From Scyliorhinus canicula (Eukaryota): a stretch of DNA of 64,000 nucleotides. This document shows positions 49,268-60,700 of the stretch, piece after piece. The notes under the pieces are model-generated. The model did not search any database, was not told the origin of the DNA, and saw only the letters and a program-made list of their open reading frames with translations. A program made the position numbers and the translations under genes. Numbering within the stretch: the stretch's first letter is position 1; every line of letters starts with the position of its first letter. The DNA lies in NCBI RefSeq assembly GCF_902713615.1, contig NC_052159.1, forward strand, positions 21,689,709 to 21,753,708, written 5' to 3'.

Positions 49268-50392
49268 TGTTGTATTTCTGGTTTCTGCATGGTTTCAATT
49301 GCATTTAGTTTTTTTTTGTCAGCTTGGTGCTGGGAAGTCTGTGGAAGGACTCCTGGCAAAAGGGTCGTGTTTTCTGGATTTGTTTGAATGCATGCATTTT
49401 TAATAAGGTTTACAACCCTTTAAGTGAATGGATGGGTTACAAAAGGGTTAGTAATTTAGTGAATTTTGGGGGGTGGGAGGGAAACACAAAGTAGAAAAAC
49501 TACTGTTGCCTAGTGACGGGTCCAGTGAGAGACACAGACAGGGGGAGAGACCAACAAGTTCAGAGTGTGTATCTCAGAGAGTGAAGACAGGGTTAGAACA
49601 AACAGAGAACAAAGAAAAGTACAGCACAGGAACAGGCCCTTCGGCCCTCCAAGCCTGCGCCGACAATGCTGTCCATCTAAACTACAATTTTCTACACTTT
49701 CGGGGTCCGTATCCCTCTATTCCCATCCTATTCATGTATTTGTCAAGATGCCGCTTAATTGTCACTATTGTCCCTGCTTCCACCACCACCCCAGCAGCGA
49801 GTTTCAGGCACCCACTACCCTCTGTGTTTTCCTCATACACCTCCTCTAAACCTTGCCCTCGCACTATGCCCCCTAGTAATTGACCCCTCTACCCTGGGAA
49901 AAATTCTCTGACTATCCACTCTGTCTATGCCCCTCATACTTTTGTACATCTCTATCAGGTCGCCCCTCAACCTCCTTCGTTTTGTTTGTGATTTTACGTG
50001 TATCGTGTGAGAGATAACAGCTGGGGGAAAATATCTAGTGAATGCTCAGAAATTCACTGCAAGAGAGCTATTTGACAACTGGGCCAGTGTTAAAATAGTG
50101 GTAAACCTTCACTGCATTTTTGTGTTTAAGGTTATTGCAGGGATAAAAGGTGTGGGTTTGAATCATTTCCTGGTGTTTGTATTGAGATCTTTCCAACCTT
50201 TTTGTCAGGTGTTCGTTTTTCATTGTTTAATATATTTTATTCCTTATTTTAAAAGTTCACCCGGAAACCTCTGTGAATTTGTTCAGTAACTTACCTCCAT
50301 GGTTTCTTAAAACAAGCAGATCGGATCTGTCAAGCCAGGTTTCACCCTGGGATCTAATTTGTCCAGTATTAACATCAGTTGGGATCATAACA
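49268..50392 (+). mobile_element. LTR-like element with an internal CR1 fragment
   Basis: Ends GGGATCATAACA; start uncertain, no TSD found. Confidence 0.4.
49600..49980 (-). mobile_element. CR1 3' end (same subfamily as 60988-61670)
   Basis: VVEAGTIVTIKRHLDKYMNRMGIEGY. Confidence 0.88.
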
Positions 50393-50561
50393 CAAGGAAA
50401 TACACCACAGCCTGATTGTGCCCCAAGATCATTATGGACCTTGGGAATTGTGTTTTTTCTACTGAGTTACGTATCTTTAGAGGGCTAAGTGCTGCAATTC
50501 TCTCTCCAGATTATTAATTAATGGTACCTATTGAAAGTTAATGTGTGCATACCAGCAGCAG

Positions 50562-52090
50562 CAACAACAACTTTTATATACGTAGGATATTTAATATAAT
50601 AAAACAGCTGTAGGCGATTCTCGGGAACATTGTAAAAAAAACGCTCAACACCAAGCCACTTAGATATTCGGCCCCATGATCAAAAGCTGATAAAGAGGTA
50701 GCCTTTAAGAACTGCCTTAAAGGAGGAAAGTGAGATAGAGAGGTGGAAAGCTGTAGGGAGGGAATTCAGAATTTTGGGCCCAAGCAACTGAAGATACCAC
50801 CACCAGTGGTGGAGTATTAAAATTGGGGATGTGCAAGAGATCAGAATTAGAGGGGTGCCGATATTTTGCAGGTTTGTGGCGTTGGAGGCGATTACAGAGA
50901 TGGGGAGGGCCAGAGCCATGGAGGGATTTGAAGACACGGATGGGAATTTTAAAATCGCAATGTTGCTTATAGATGTTCATAGAATTTACAGTGCAGAAGG
51001 AGGCCATTCGGCCCATCGAGTCTGCACTGGCCCCTGGAAAGAGCACCCTACCCAAGGTTAACGCCTTCACCCTATCCCCATAACCCAGTAACCCCACCCA
51101 ACACTAAGGGCAATTTTGGACACTAAGGGCAATTTATCATGGCCAATCCACCTAACCTGCACATCTTTGGACTGTGGGAGGAAACCGGAGCACCCGGAGG
51201 AAACCCAAGCACACACTGGGAGGATGTGCAGACTCCGCACAGACAGTGACCCAAGCCGGAATCGAACCTGGGACCCTGGAGCTGTTAAGCGATTGTGCTA
51301 TCCACAATGCTACCATGCTGCCCACATGGGCTTGACATGCTTGACACACGGGCCTACATGCTTGACAGGTAGCCAGTCAGCAAGCATGGTGATAGGGGAG
51401 CGCGAGTTGAGACATAGGCAGCAGAGTTTTGGAATACATGTTTGTAGAAGGTAGAATGTGGGAGGCCAGCCAGTGGTGCATTTGAACGGTCATGTCTTGA
51501 GGCATCAAAGGCATGGCTGTAGTTGGGCTATGTTACAGAGGTGGAGACGGGCAGTCTTTAATGATTGCACAGGTATGAGGTCCGACACTTACGCCAGGGT
51601 CAAATGTGACATCAAGGTTGTGAACAGACTGGCTTAGTCTCAGCCTCTTGTCAGGGAGAGGATGGAGTCCGTTGCTACGGAATGGAGTTTGAGGTGGTAC
51701 CAAAAACAATGGTTTTAGTTTTCCCAATATTTAATTAGGGGATATTTCTGCTCATCCAGTATTGTATGACGGATAAGGGTCTGATAACTTAACAACAGCG
51801 GTGGGAGACAGAACTGAGCATCATCCGTGTACATGTTCAAACTACAATACTTTCTGATGTCGGCGAGGGGTAGGAAGTAGGTGAGAAATGGGGATATGTT
51901 CAAGCAAAGATCCTTGGGGGACAGCAGAGGTTATAGAACAGGATGAAAAGCCATTGTAAATTAATTATTCATTGCCTATGAATAGACAGATTGGAATGGA
52001 ATCAGATGAGAGTAGTCTTACCCAGCTGGGCGGCAATGGAGAGGCATTGGAGGAGGATGGTGTGATCAGCCATGAAGACAGGTTGATCAG
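50562..52090 (-). mobile_element. L2 LINE fragment interrupted by a SINE
   Basis: Minus strand NMYTDDAQ, NLDVTFDP, VFKSLHG; tail ending in (TTG)n. Confidence 0.75.
50969..51323 (-). mobile_element. Full-length HE1-like V-SINE
   Basis: Near-identical to 34723. Confidence 0.93.
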
Positions 52091-52309
52091 CTGCATTCAG
52101 GATTAGGCTCAGCTGCAATGCTTTCTGTGACTCAGCACTCTGTGTATGGGTGGTGGCTGCATGGGTAAAGTGATAGAAGACACCTCGCATATATCAAGGA
52201 TTTGGCATCTTAAAGAGAAAGGGTGAAGAAAGCACTGGAAAGTAAAAAGGCAAGAGAAAACAAAACAAATGCATTTTAGAATGACGTTGAACTGTTTTTT
52301 TTTCCAAAG

Positions 52310-52494
52310 AAACATTGCATCTCAAAGCATCGCTAAGTTGAAGGATGTTACTCGCCACATTTCTTCTTCTTTGGACCATGAGCACTTCAATCAAGAAAGG
52401 TCAGCTTCTTTGGATCTGTTGCTGCGATTTCAGCGTCTGCTAATCAGCAAACTTTACCCGGGTGTAAATTTCAGTTATGAGACCAATGGATATA
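52310..52494 (+). CDS. HERC2: HERC2 exon (about 21), 185 nt
   Basis: aag|A AAC..TAT A|gtaagt; NIASQ..ERSASLDLLLRFQRLLISKLYPG. Confidence 0.96.
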
Positions 52495-52894
52495 GTAAGT
52501 GAATTTCTGATAAACTTTCCTTAATGCAGTTAATGAACTGCTAATGTGACGCAAATCCAGCTTCTGGGTCAGAGGATTCAGTTGAAAATTGCATTCAATT
52601 TGCAGTAAAACTGCAATGATCCAAGTTCAATTTGGCTTGAAGAAAGTGGTGATTGTTTTCTCAACTCTGCTGTTGGCTCAAAGATCTGTCTGAATTGTTA
52701 CAGTTGTTGGGCAATACTTTGTTCTAATTATGAAAGTTTTTCATTTGATCAGTATTTTTAAAATTAGGTGACTAATATCCTTATTTTCTTTTACCTTTTG
52801 CACAAATGGTGTGCTTTTATTTTTTATTTTAATTTTAATGTTTATGATTTGAATTTGATTAGCCTAAGCAGTAATTATCGTGTATTCTTTGCAG

Positions 52895-53050
52895 GTCCTG
52901 AGCTTTTAGGAGTGGGTTCATTGCTTAAAAAGTATATTGCCCTTCTGTGTACACACATAGGCGACATTCTGCCAGTGGCAACCAACATTGCTTCAACTAG
53001 TTACAGGCATTTTGCAGAGGTGTCTCGTATTCTTGAAGGAGATTTGACAG
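52895..53050 (+). CDS. HERC2: HERC2 exon (about 22), 156 nt
   Basis: cag|GT CCT..ACA G|gtaacc; PELLGVGSLLKKYIALLCTHIGDILPVA. Confidence 0.97.
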
Positions 53051-53369
53051 GTAACCAGTTCTCGTGTTACATTTACCAAATAATAATAATTTAGGAGCTT
53101 GTGTATTTTTTCTCAATGCACCTGAAATATGCAGTTGGTACAGTTGATGCATTATAGAACATGCTTGCACGTTTGCAGTTCTGTCGAAGACTGATCTAAA
53201 ACATAATATTTTCTGTTGTGTAGAGAGTTACTGCTTGCCCTGCTGAGTATTTACAACATTTTCAGTTTTTCTTTTAGATTTCTAGTACCTACAGTATTCT
53301 ACGTTTTCTTCAACCATTGTAACATAATGTTCAAAATATAAATCCGATAATCATTGTTGATTATATGAG

Positions 53370-54050
53370 AGTTTAGTAGTTATGTTATTTATGTTATTGG
53401 CCAGTAATCTAGGGATTTATGCTTATAATCTGGAGAATGAGTGTTTAAACCCCACCAGCATTAAAAGAAATACACTGGAAGGAAAAAGCTGGAGTCCGTA
53501 AAAATGAACATGGCGTGGCAGCACTCTGTCTTGAGACGATAGTTTGTGCTTTGGTGGTCACCTCTGTGTTTATCCTCACCTGTTGTGGCTCAGGAGTCCT
53601 ACTCTGTAATGGCAGTCTCTGGAAGGTGCAGGATGTGTTGGCCTCCATTTTCTCTGGGTCTCTTCTCAACCAGCTGAGCTTTCATATTCTACTTACTGCT
53701 TCCAATGCCCCTCCAAACAGTCAGCCTCCAGAAGTCGTGGCTGTCAGTGACCTGTCTCTCTATTGTCAATGACCATGAAGTTATTGCCTGTTGTAAAAAC
53801 CTATGGCTCACTACCATGTCCTTTAGATAAGGGAACCTGTTGCCCTCAACTGTCCTGGTCTATACATGACTTCAGTTTACTCTTAATTATCTTTTGAAAT
53901 GGACTAGGTACATTGGACTTAGGAGCAAGGGTGGGCCATTCAACCCAGCCAGGTAGAGTTGTGTCATTTAGTTGTATTAAGGAAGGTGGATCTCCATCAC
54001 ATTATCGGCGTCTACGGGTGGACATTAAGTTTCAGTCTAGACCAAAATGC
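53370..54050 (+). mobile_element. Old SINE family C split by an RTE fragment
   Basis: Pieces ~53370-53505 and ~53755-54050. Confidence 0.55.
53508..53755 (-). mobile_element. RTE-clade LINE 3' end
   Basis: Minus strand WRLTVWRG..EKR..RDCHYRVGLLSH zinc-knuckle-like end; ATCGTCTC..AGACAG tail. Confidence 0.6.
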
Positions 54051-54151
54051 CTTTATTTGGCACAACCCGCTCTACTTTCTCTGCTATAGTTTGGGCTAAA
54101 TTCAAATATTCCTTATTCAGCTTGTCTTCAGTGAAATAATTTTTTTTGACA

Positions 54152-54484
54152 AGTGGCACAGTGGTTAGCACTGCTGCCTCATGGCGCCAGGGACCGGATT
54201 CAGCTCCAGTCTTGGGTCAATGTCTGTGTGGAGTTTGTATGTTCTCCCCATGTCTGCGTGGGTTTCTTCGGGTTCCTCTGGTTTCCTCCCACAGTTCAAA
54301 GATGTGCAGGTTAGGTGGATTGGCCATGATAAATTGCCCTTTAGCATCCAGGGATATGCAGGTTAGGTTACGGGAATAAGGTGGGGCAGACGTGGGAGTG
54401 GACACTGGTAGAGTGCTCATTCGAAGGGTCGGTGCAGATTTGATGGGCGGAATGACCTCTTTCTGCACTGTAGGGATTCTATGA
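54152..54484 (+). mobile_element. HE1-like V-SINE, older
   Basis: Head, core and CR1 tail. Confidence 0.88.
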
Positions 54485-54639
54485 AACATTCTCTTCTCAT
54501 CTCTGCTATTGTGTAGTTTAGACTGTCCCATTGGTTTATTAACAGGAACTGACATGGCTCTGTTCTCAAGATATCTCTGAAGTGATCGAAGAACACATGC
54601 TGTCAAGATATGTAGCTCAGTCTAATTGTGTTTATTAAG

Positions 54640-55085
54640 TAGTAGATGTATAGGCAAAAATATCAAAATTTGCAGATTATAGCAAAATAGGAAGTACTGC
54701 GAGAAGGATAGCAATTGGCTTCAAGAGAACAGGCTGGTGGAGTGAGAGGACATGAACAATTGAAGATGATATAAATGAAGGGCAAAATTTTGAACTAGAT
54801 GCTGGAACAGAGACACATTAGGGTTATCCATTGAAGGCATCAGTGTTAAATGGACTTTATTAATTGGGATGTGGAATACAAAAATGATCAATTTTTATAA
54901 AACTGTGGCTGAGCCTCAACTGGAGTACTATGTTTGTGAAAGGTTTAGAGAAAAGCGAATGGATCCAGAGATGAGGGACTTCAGTTATGTGGATGGATTG
55001 GAGATGGTCGATAGATTGGGACTAACGGAGTTGCAGAGAGTTGGTACATGGTGGGCCGAATGGCCTCCTGTGCTGTAACCAGTCT
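54640..55085 (+). mobile_element. Very old CR1 fragment
   Basis: YKTVAEPQLEY; GGGCCGAATGGCCTCC tail. Confidence 0.55.
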
Positions 55086-55680
55086 ACAGTTTTATAAAAA
55101 TGCATTAAATAGCATGTGCTATTACTTAAATTCACACCATCTATTCCAAAAATAATGAATTCGTAACTGTTCTGTTCAATAACGTTACAATAAATTTGAG
55201 TATAGGTAAGTGAAACGATATCCTTCCCAATTAAATGAAAAATGTGTTAATCAAAACTAATGTCAAAGCGACTTGTCCGATCGCACTAACTGATCAATTA
55301 TCAATAATTTCCCATTCAGTTCTGGCATTATCACTAAATGTCTTGGAAAACCATTGTTCCCAGGTAATTCAGGCACCGGATTTTGTACTGATCTTTCTTG
55401 TGAGTCCCATTTAAGAGCTTGTTTATTTTTTTCCCCTGCTTCTGAGTTCACAACCAAAAATGAACCTGTTCAGATTTTTATTTTAAATTCAGCAGTTAAT
55501 ATATTTTGCAATCAACTATATCCATTGAGAATAAAGTGTTGGTGTTTCAAAATGTAAAGTTTTGGTGCTGCTTTTGTGTCTTTTTCTTTCGCTCCCAACT
55601 TTCACCCTGTAAGAAAATCTTTTTGAAGTTGGTGAGGGAAATAAAGTTTTGAGTACTGTCTGCTTAACTTTAACATGAAG

Positions 55681-55793
55681 ACATTCTCCCTGTGTTTGTG
55701 TGGGTTTCACCCCCACAATCCAAAGATGTGCAGCACTAAATTGTCCCTTAATTGGAAAAAATGAATTGGGTACTTAAATTTATTTTTAAAAAA
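55681..55793 (+). mobile_element. 5'-truncated A-tailed V-SINE type 3 with 15-bp TSD
   Basis: Flanks AACTTTAACATGAAG (55666) and AACTTTAATATAAAG (55794). Confidence 0.85.
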
Positions 55794-55916
55794 AACTTTA
55801 ATATAAAGTAACTTGTCTTGTAAGTGCAGAATTTCAACCTTGATAAATGAGTTAATGGAGAGGTACAAAGGACACTTCTGTTTTGGCTGTTCTATTCTCT
55901 TTCTGTTTTGATGTAG

Positions 55917-56102
55917 GTGTTCTGCTTCCCGAGCTGGTGGTTTGTGTTGTGCTGCTTCTCACGAAAAATGCTGGACTGATGCAGGAAGCTGGGGCTATCC
56001 CCCTGTTGGCTGGATTGCTGGAACATTTAGACAGATTTAACCAATTGGCACCTGGCAAAGAAAGGGATGACAATGACGATTTAGCATGGCCTGGAATAAT
56101 GG
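55917..56102 (+). CDS. HERC2: HERC2 exon (about 23), 186 nt
   Basis: tag|GT GTT..ATG G|gtatgt; VLLPELVV..LLEHLDRFNQLAPGKERDD..LAWPGIM. Confidence 0.98.
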
Positions 56103-56149
56103 GTATGTCATTCAACTGATAGAACCTATAAAATAATGTACAAACTGGC

Positions 56150-56438
56150 TTTAAAGCAATTTAAAATGATTGGCAAAAGAACCAGAGGTGACCAGAGGAA
56201 ACGCGTTTTTGCACAATTGGCTAACATCTGCAATGCCCTGCCTGTGTGTGTGTGTGTGTGGTGGGGTAGATTCACTTCTGTCTTTCAAAGGGTGTTAAAT
56301 AATTATCCGAGAAGTAAAGATTTTCAGAGCAATGGGAGAAGGGTGGGAAATGGGACAAGGTGAGTTGCCCCTGCAGAGAAACCAACACAGTCTCGACGCT
56401 CCAAATGGCCATCACTTGTGCTGTACCATTCCATGATT
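56150..56438 (+). mobile_element. Old CR1 3' end
   Basis: FKMIGKRTRGD..F; CR1-like tail. Confidence 0.55.
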
Positions 56439-56439
56439 G

Positions 56440-58878
56440 GACTGCAGATGGACTGGGAAAATCAGGTTGGTAGTGGATCCCAAGAAATGGAATTTGTGGA
56501 ATGTCTAAGAGATGGGTTTTTGGAGCAGCTTGTGACAGAACCTACTAGGGAACAGGCAATTCTGGATTTGGTGATGTGTAATGAGGCAGACTTGGTTCGG
56601 GAACTTAGGTGAAGGAACCCTTGGGGAGCAGTGACCACAATTTGATAGAATTTACCCTGCAGTTTGAAAGGGAGAAGCTGGAATCAGATGTAACGGTATT
56701 ACAATTAAATAAGGGTAACTGCAAAGACATGAAGGAGTTACTGGCCAGAGTTGATTGGAGAAGGAGCCTAGCAGGGTAGACAGTGGAACAGCAAAGGCAG
56801 GAATGTTTGGGGGTTATTAGGGAGGCACAACAGAAATTCATCCCAAGGAGGAGGAAACATGTTAAGGGAAGGACAAGGCATCCATGGCTGACAAGTGATG
56901 CCAAGGACAGCATAAAGGCTAAAGAAAAAGCATACAAAGTAGCGAGGATTAGTGGGGAACCAGAAGATTGGGAAGCCTTTCAAAGCGAGCAGAGGACAAC
57001 TAAAAAAGCAATAAGGGGGGAGAAGATGAAATACGAGTGCAAGCTAGCTAGTAATATAAAGGAAGATAGGAAGAGATTTTTTTCAATATATAAAAGGTAA
57101 AAGAGAGGCAAAAATCGACATTGGACCACTAGAAAATGTGGCTGGAGAACTAATAATAGGAAACCAAAGACATGGCAGACGAACTGAATAGTTACTTTGC
57201 ATCAGTCTTCACAGTGGAAGACACCAGTGGGATGCCAGAGCTCCAGCAGAACCAGGGAGCAGTGACCATTACTAAGGAGAAGGTTTTGGGGAAACTGAAA
57301 GGTCTGAAGGTGGATAAGTCACCTGGCCCAGATGGACTACACCCCAGGGTCCTAAAAGAGATAGCTGAGGAAATTTTGGAGGCATGAGTAGTGATCTTTC
57401 AGGAATTACTGGAGGCAGGAAGGGTCCCAGAGGACTGGAAGGTGGCGAATGTAACACCACTGCTTAGGAAATGAGGGAGGCAGAAGATATTATAGACCGG
57501 TTAAGTCACTTCGGCCAGTGGTAAGATTTTAGAGTCTGTTATTAAAGATGAGATCGCAAAGTACTTGGAAGTTCATGGTAAAATAGGACTGAGTCAGCAC
57601 AGCTTTGTCAAAGGGAGGTCGTGTCTGACGAACCTGTTCGAGTTCTTTGAGGAGGTAACAAGAAATTTAGACAAAGGAGAACCAGTGGACGTGATTTATT
57701 TAGATTTCCAGAAGGCCTTTGACAAGGTGCCGCATAGGAGACTGTTAAATAAGTTAACTCATGGTGTTCAGGGTAAGATCCTGGCATGGATAGAGGATTG
57801 GCTGACTGGCAGAAGGCAAAGATTGGGGATAAAGGGGTCTTTTTCAGGATGGCAGCTGGTGACTAGTGATGTGCCTCAGGGGTCTGTGCTGGGACCACAA
57901 CTTTTTACAATGTACATTAATGATCTGGAAGAAGGTACTGAAGGCACTGTTGCTAAGTTTGCAGATGATACAAAGATCTGTAGAGGGACGGGTAGTATTG
58001 AGGAAGCAAGGGGGCTGCAGAAGGACTTGGACAAGCTAGGAGAGTGGGCAATGAAGTGGCAAATGAAATACAATGTGGAAAAGTGTGAGGTTGTGCACTT
58101 TGGAAGGAGGAATCTAGGCATAGACTATTTTCTAAATGGGGAAATGCTTTGGAAAGCAGAAGCACAAAGGGACTTGGGAGTCCTTGTTCATGATTCTATT
58201 AAGATTAATGTGCAGGTTCAGTCGGCAATTAAGAAGGCAAATGCAATGTTAGCATTCATGTCAAGAGGGCTAGAATACAAGACCAGGGATGTACTTCTGA
58301 GGCTGTATAAGGCTCTGGCCAGACCCCATTTGGAGTATTGTGAGCAGTTTTGGGCCCCATATCTAAGGAAGGATGTGCTGGCCTTGGAAAGGGTCCAGAG
58401 GAGGTTCACAACAATGATCCCTGGAATGAAGAACTTGTTGTATGAGGAACGTTTGAGGACTCTGGGTCTGTACTTGTTGGAGTTTAGAAGGATGAGAGGG
58501 GATCTTATTAAAACTTACAGGATACTGTGTGGCCTGGATAGAGTGGACGTGGAGAGGATGTTTCCACTTGTAGGAAAAACTAGAACCAGAGGACACAATC
58601 TCAGACTAAAGGGACCGTCCTTTACAACAGAGATGAGGGATTTCTTCAGCCAGAGGGTGGTGAATCTGTGGAATGCTTTGCTGCAGAAGGCTGTGGAGGC
58701 CAAATCACTGAGTGTCTTTAAGACAGGGATAGATAGGTTCTTGATAAGGGGATCAGGGGTTATGGGGAGAAGGCAGGACAATGGGGCTGAGAAAATATCA
58801 GCCATGATTGAATGCCGTAGCAGACTCGATGGGCCAAGTGGCCTGATTCTGCTCCTATGTCTTATAGTCTTATGATTC
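56440..58878 (+). mobile_element. 5'-truncated CR1 (HER1-like) LINE with ORF2 RT largely open
   Basis: KSPGPDG, DFQKAFDKV, VPQGSVLGP, FADDTK in ORF 57565-58875; tail CTCCTATGTCTTAT. Confidence 0.95.
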
Positions 58879-58993
58879 TAAAAAAAAAAATACTTGAACT
58901 GGAGTCAAGTTGTCTGTCTTTTTAATTTTGATTGTGATCTAGAGAGTTTTTAAAAATTTGAATCATCAGTTTTTGTAATGTATGGTTTTACAG

Positions 58994-59164
58994 GTTCATT
59001 CTTCACAAATCACAGCTCACGGAATAATGAGGAGGTTACTCTAATTAGAAAAGCTGATCTTGAGAATCATAATAAAGATGGTGGCTTTTGGACAGTAATT
59101 GATGCAAAGGTTTATGACATCAAAGATTTCCAGACACAATCATTGAGTGGGAGCAGCATACTTG
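58994..59164 (+). CDS. HERC2: HERC2 exon (about 24), start of cytochrome-b5-like domain, 171 nt
   Basis: cag|GT TCA..CTT G|gtgaga; RNNEEVTLIRKADLENHNKDGGFWTVIDAKVYDIKDF. Confidence 0.97.
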
Positions 59165-59879
59165 GTGAGATTAATTTATAATATTTCAAAAGGAATTTCA
59201 CTGATTATGGTGAACGTGACAAGTCAATTCGCTCTGGTTTAATTCAACCAGATTGAAACACACAATCCCCATCTCCATGCTCTTGACTAATGTCTTCTGA
59301 CATATACCATAAAACACAAACCCTTGGACACTATCACAAACACAGAAATGTCAACTTGTGCTAAACCTTTTCTGGAGCCTGATGAGATATTTGCTGCTTT
59401 GAACAAAAAGTGCTTCTTTCCCCTCCTCTGGATTTCATCATGTAGATAGACAGCACAGCAATTATAGTGCAGGCTGCGCAGGTAGATATTAGTTTGTGTT
59501 GCTATGACCAGGTGAGAAGATGCAGACTATCTCCTTTTGATCCTGTCCTTTAAATAGCGACGGGTTCCGATAGATCTTTAAATTTAAGGAGATGCTTCTC
59601 CCTTTGCATTCCCCTTGGGTAATTTGTTTGTGTTTCATCTTCAACTTGGAAAGTGGCCTTGCATTTTAAAGTAGTTTCTGCTGTCTCATTTCAAATTGCA
59701 GAAGTTTCAGTCAGTTAAAAACCCTATTTTCCAAATTAAAATGTCTAGCGCGTAACCGCGTTCAAACTTTAGTGTTATAATTTAGGCTAATTACACCAGG
59801 GGTAGCAGAGCTATCAAACGCTGCACTGATTCACTCACACTGGTGCACCCAAAAGTAGTGTACTGCGGCTCAGGAAACC

Positions 59880-60052
59880 GGGGGCCGGTTTAGCCAGTTG
59901 GCCGGACAGCTGGTTTGTAATGCAGAGTGAGGCCAACAGCGCGTGTTCAATTCACATACCGGCTGAGGTTATTCATGAAGGCCTCGCCTTCTCCCTCAAA
60001 GGGGAAAGCAATTGATGGTCATCTGGGACTATGGCGACTTTACTTACTTTTA
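59880..60052 (+). mobile_element. Head-B SINE with a different body and (TTAC)n tail
   Basis: Head like 38762, then GGTCATCTGGGACTATGGCGACTTTACTTAC. Confidence 0.7.
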
Positions 60053-60104
60053 CTGCTGCTCAACCTGACTCGGGAGCTACCACATGAACGTTGTAGATAT
60101 CCAT

Positions 60105-60700
60105 CTCTGGCAAGTCATGAGGATTTTTTTCTGGAGCTTTGCAACCAATGCACCTCAAGTGGCTTCCTGTGCTAGAATACTTCAAATTTGCTGATGTCTG
60201 TAGGGGAAACATTCACCAAAGAACACCACTGGCTGACAGCTAACAAAGTGCTCCCATTGACACAGGACCTGGGGAGAAAAATCCTTCATGCGCTAATCTG
60301 AAAACCTGTAGCCTGTACTGGGACATAATGCACCTGCTACAAACTGATGACAGCCTTGCGTCACAATGGCGCACCTCTCTGTTGACTGCAAACATCACAA
60401 ACTGCAACCTGTTGACTGACCGAAGTCCCAGGTTTCAACCATCCATGGGAAATCTGGACAACCCATTACCACATGAGGATAGACCAAGCAAGATGTGACC
60501 CTTTACTGCAGAAGTGGAACATGAGGGACAGCTGAAATTGTGACAGTAACCACCCAAGTCAGATTATTGTCCACATCCTGAACTGGAGAGATCCATCCCT
60601 CCTGGCATCACGGCTATTCATACTGCGTCAACTGAAGCTAATGAATTGACATTGAACAATACTGCATCAACTGAAGCTAATGAATTGACATTGAACAATT
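60105..60700 (+). mobile_element. Ingi/Vingi-like LINE 3' fragment
   Basis: MRI..GALQPMHLKWLPVL; VPGFNHPWEIWTT..R..QARC..LLQKW..C..Q...HI. Confidence 0.6.
60622..60699. repeat. 39-bp tandem duplication
   Basis: ACTGC(G/A)TCAACTGAAGCTAATGAATTGACATTGAACAAT x2, one mismatch. Confidence 0.95.

Noticed and set aside
14699-51454. Recurrent short ORFs such as GPRFDSRLGHCLCGVCT / RVPGSIP..
   Set aside because: Translations of SINE copies, not genes
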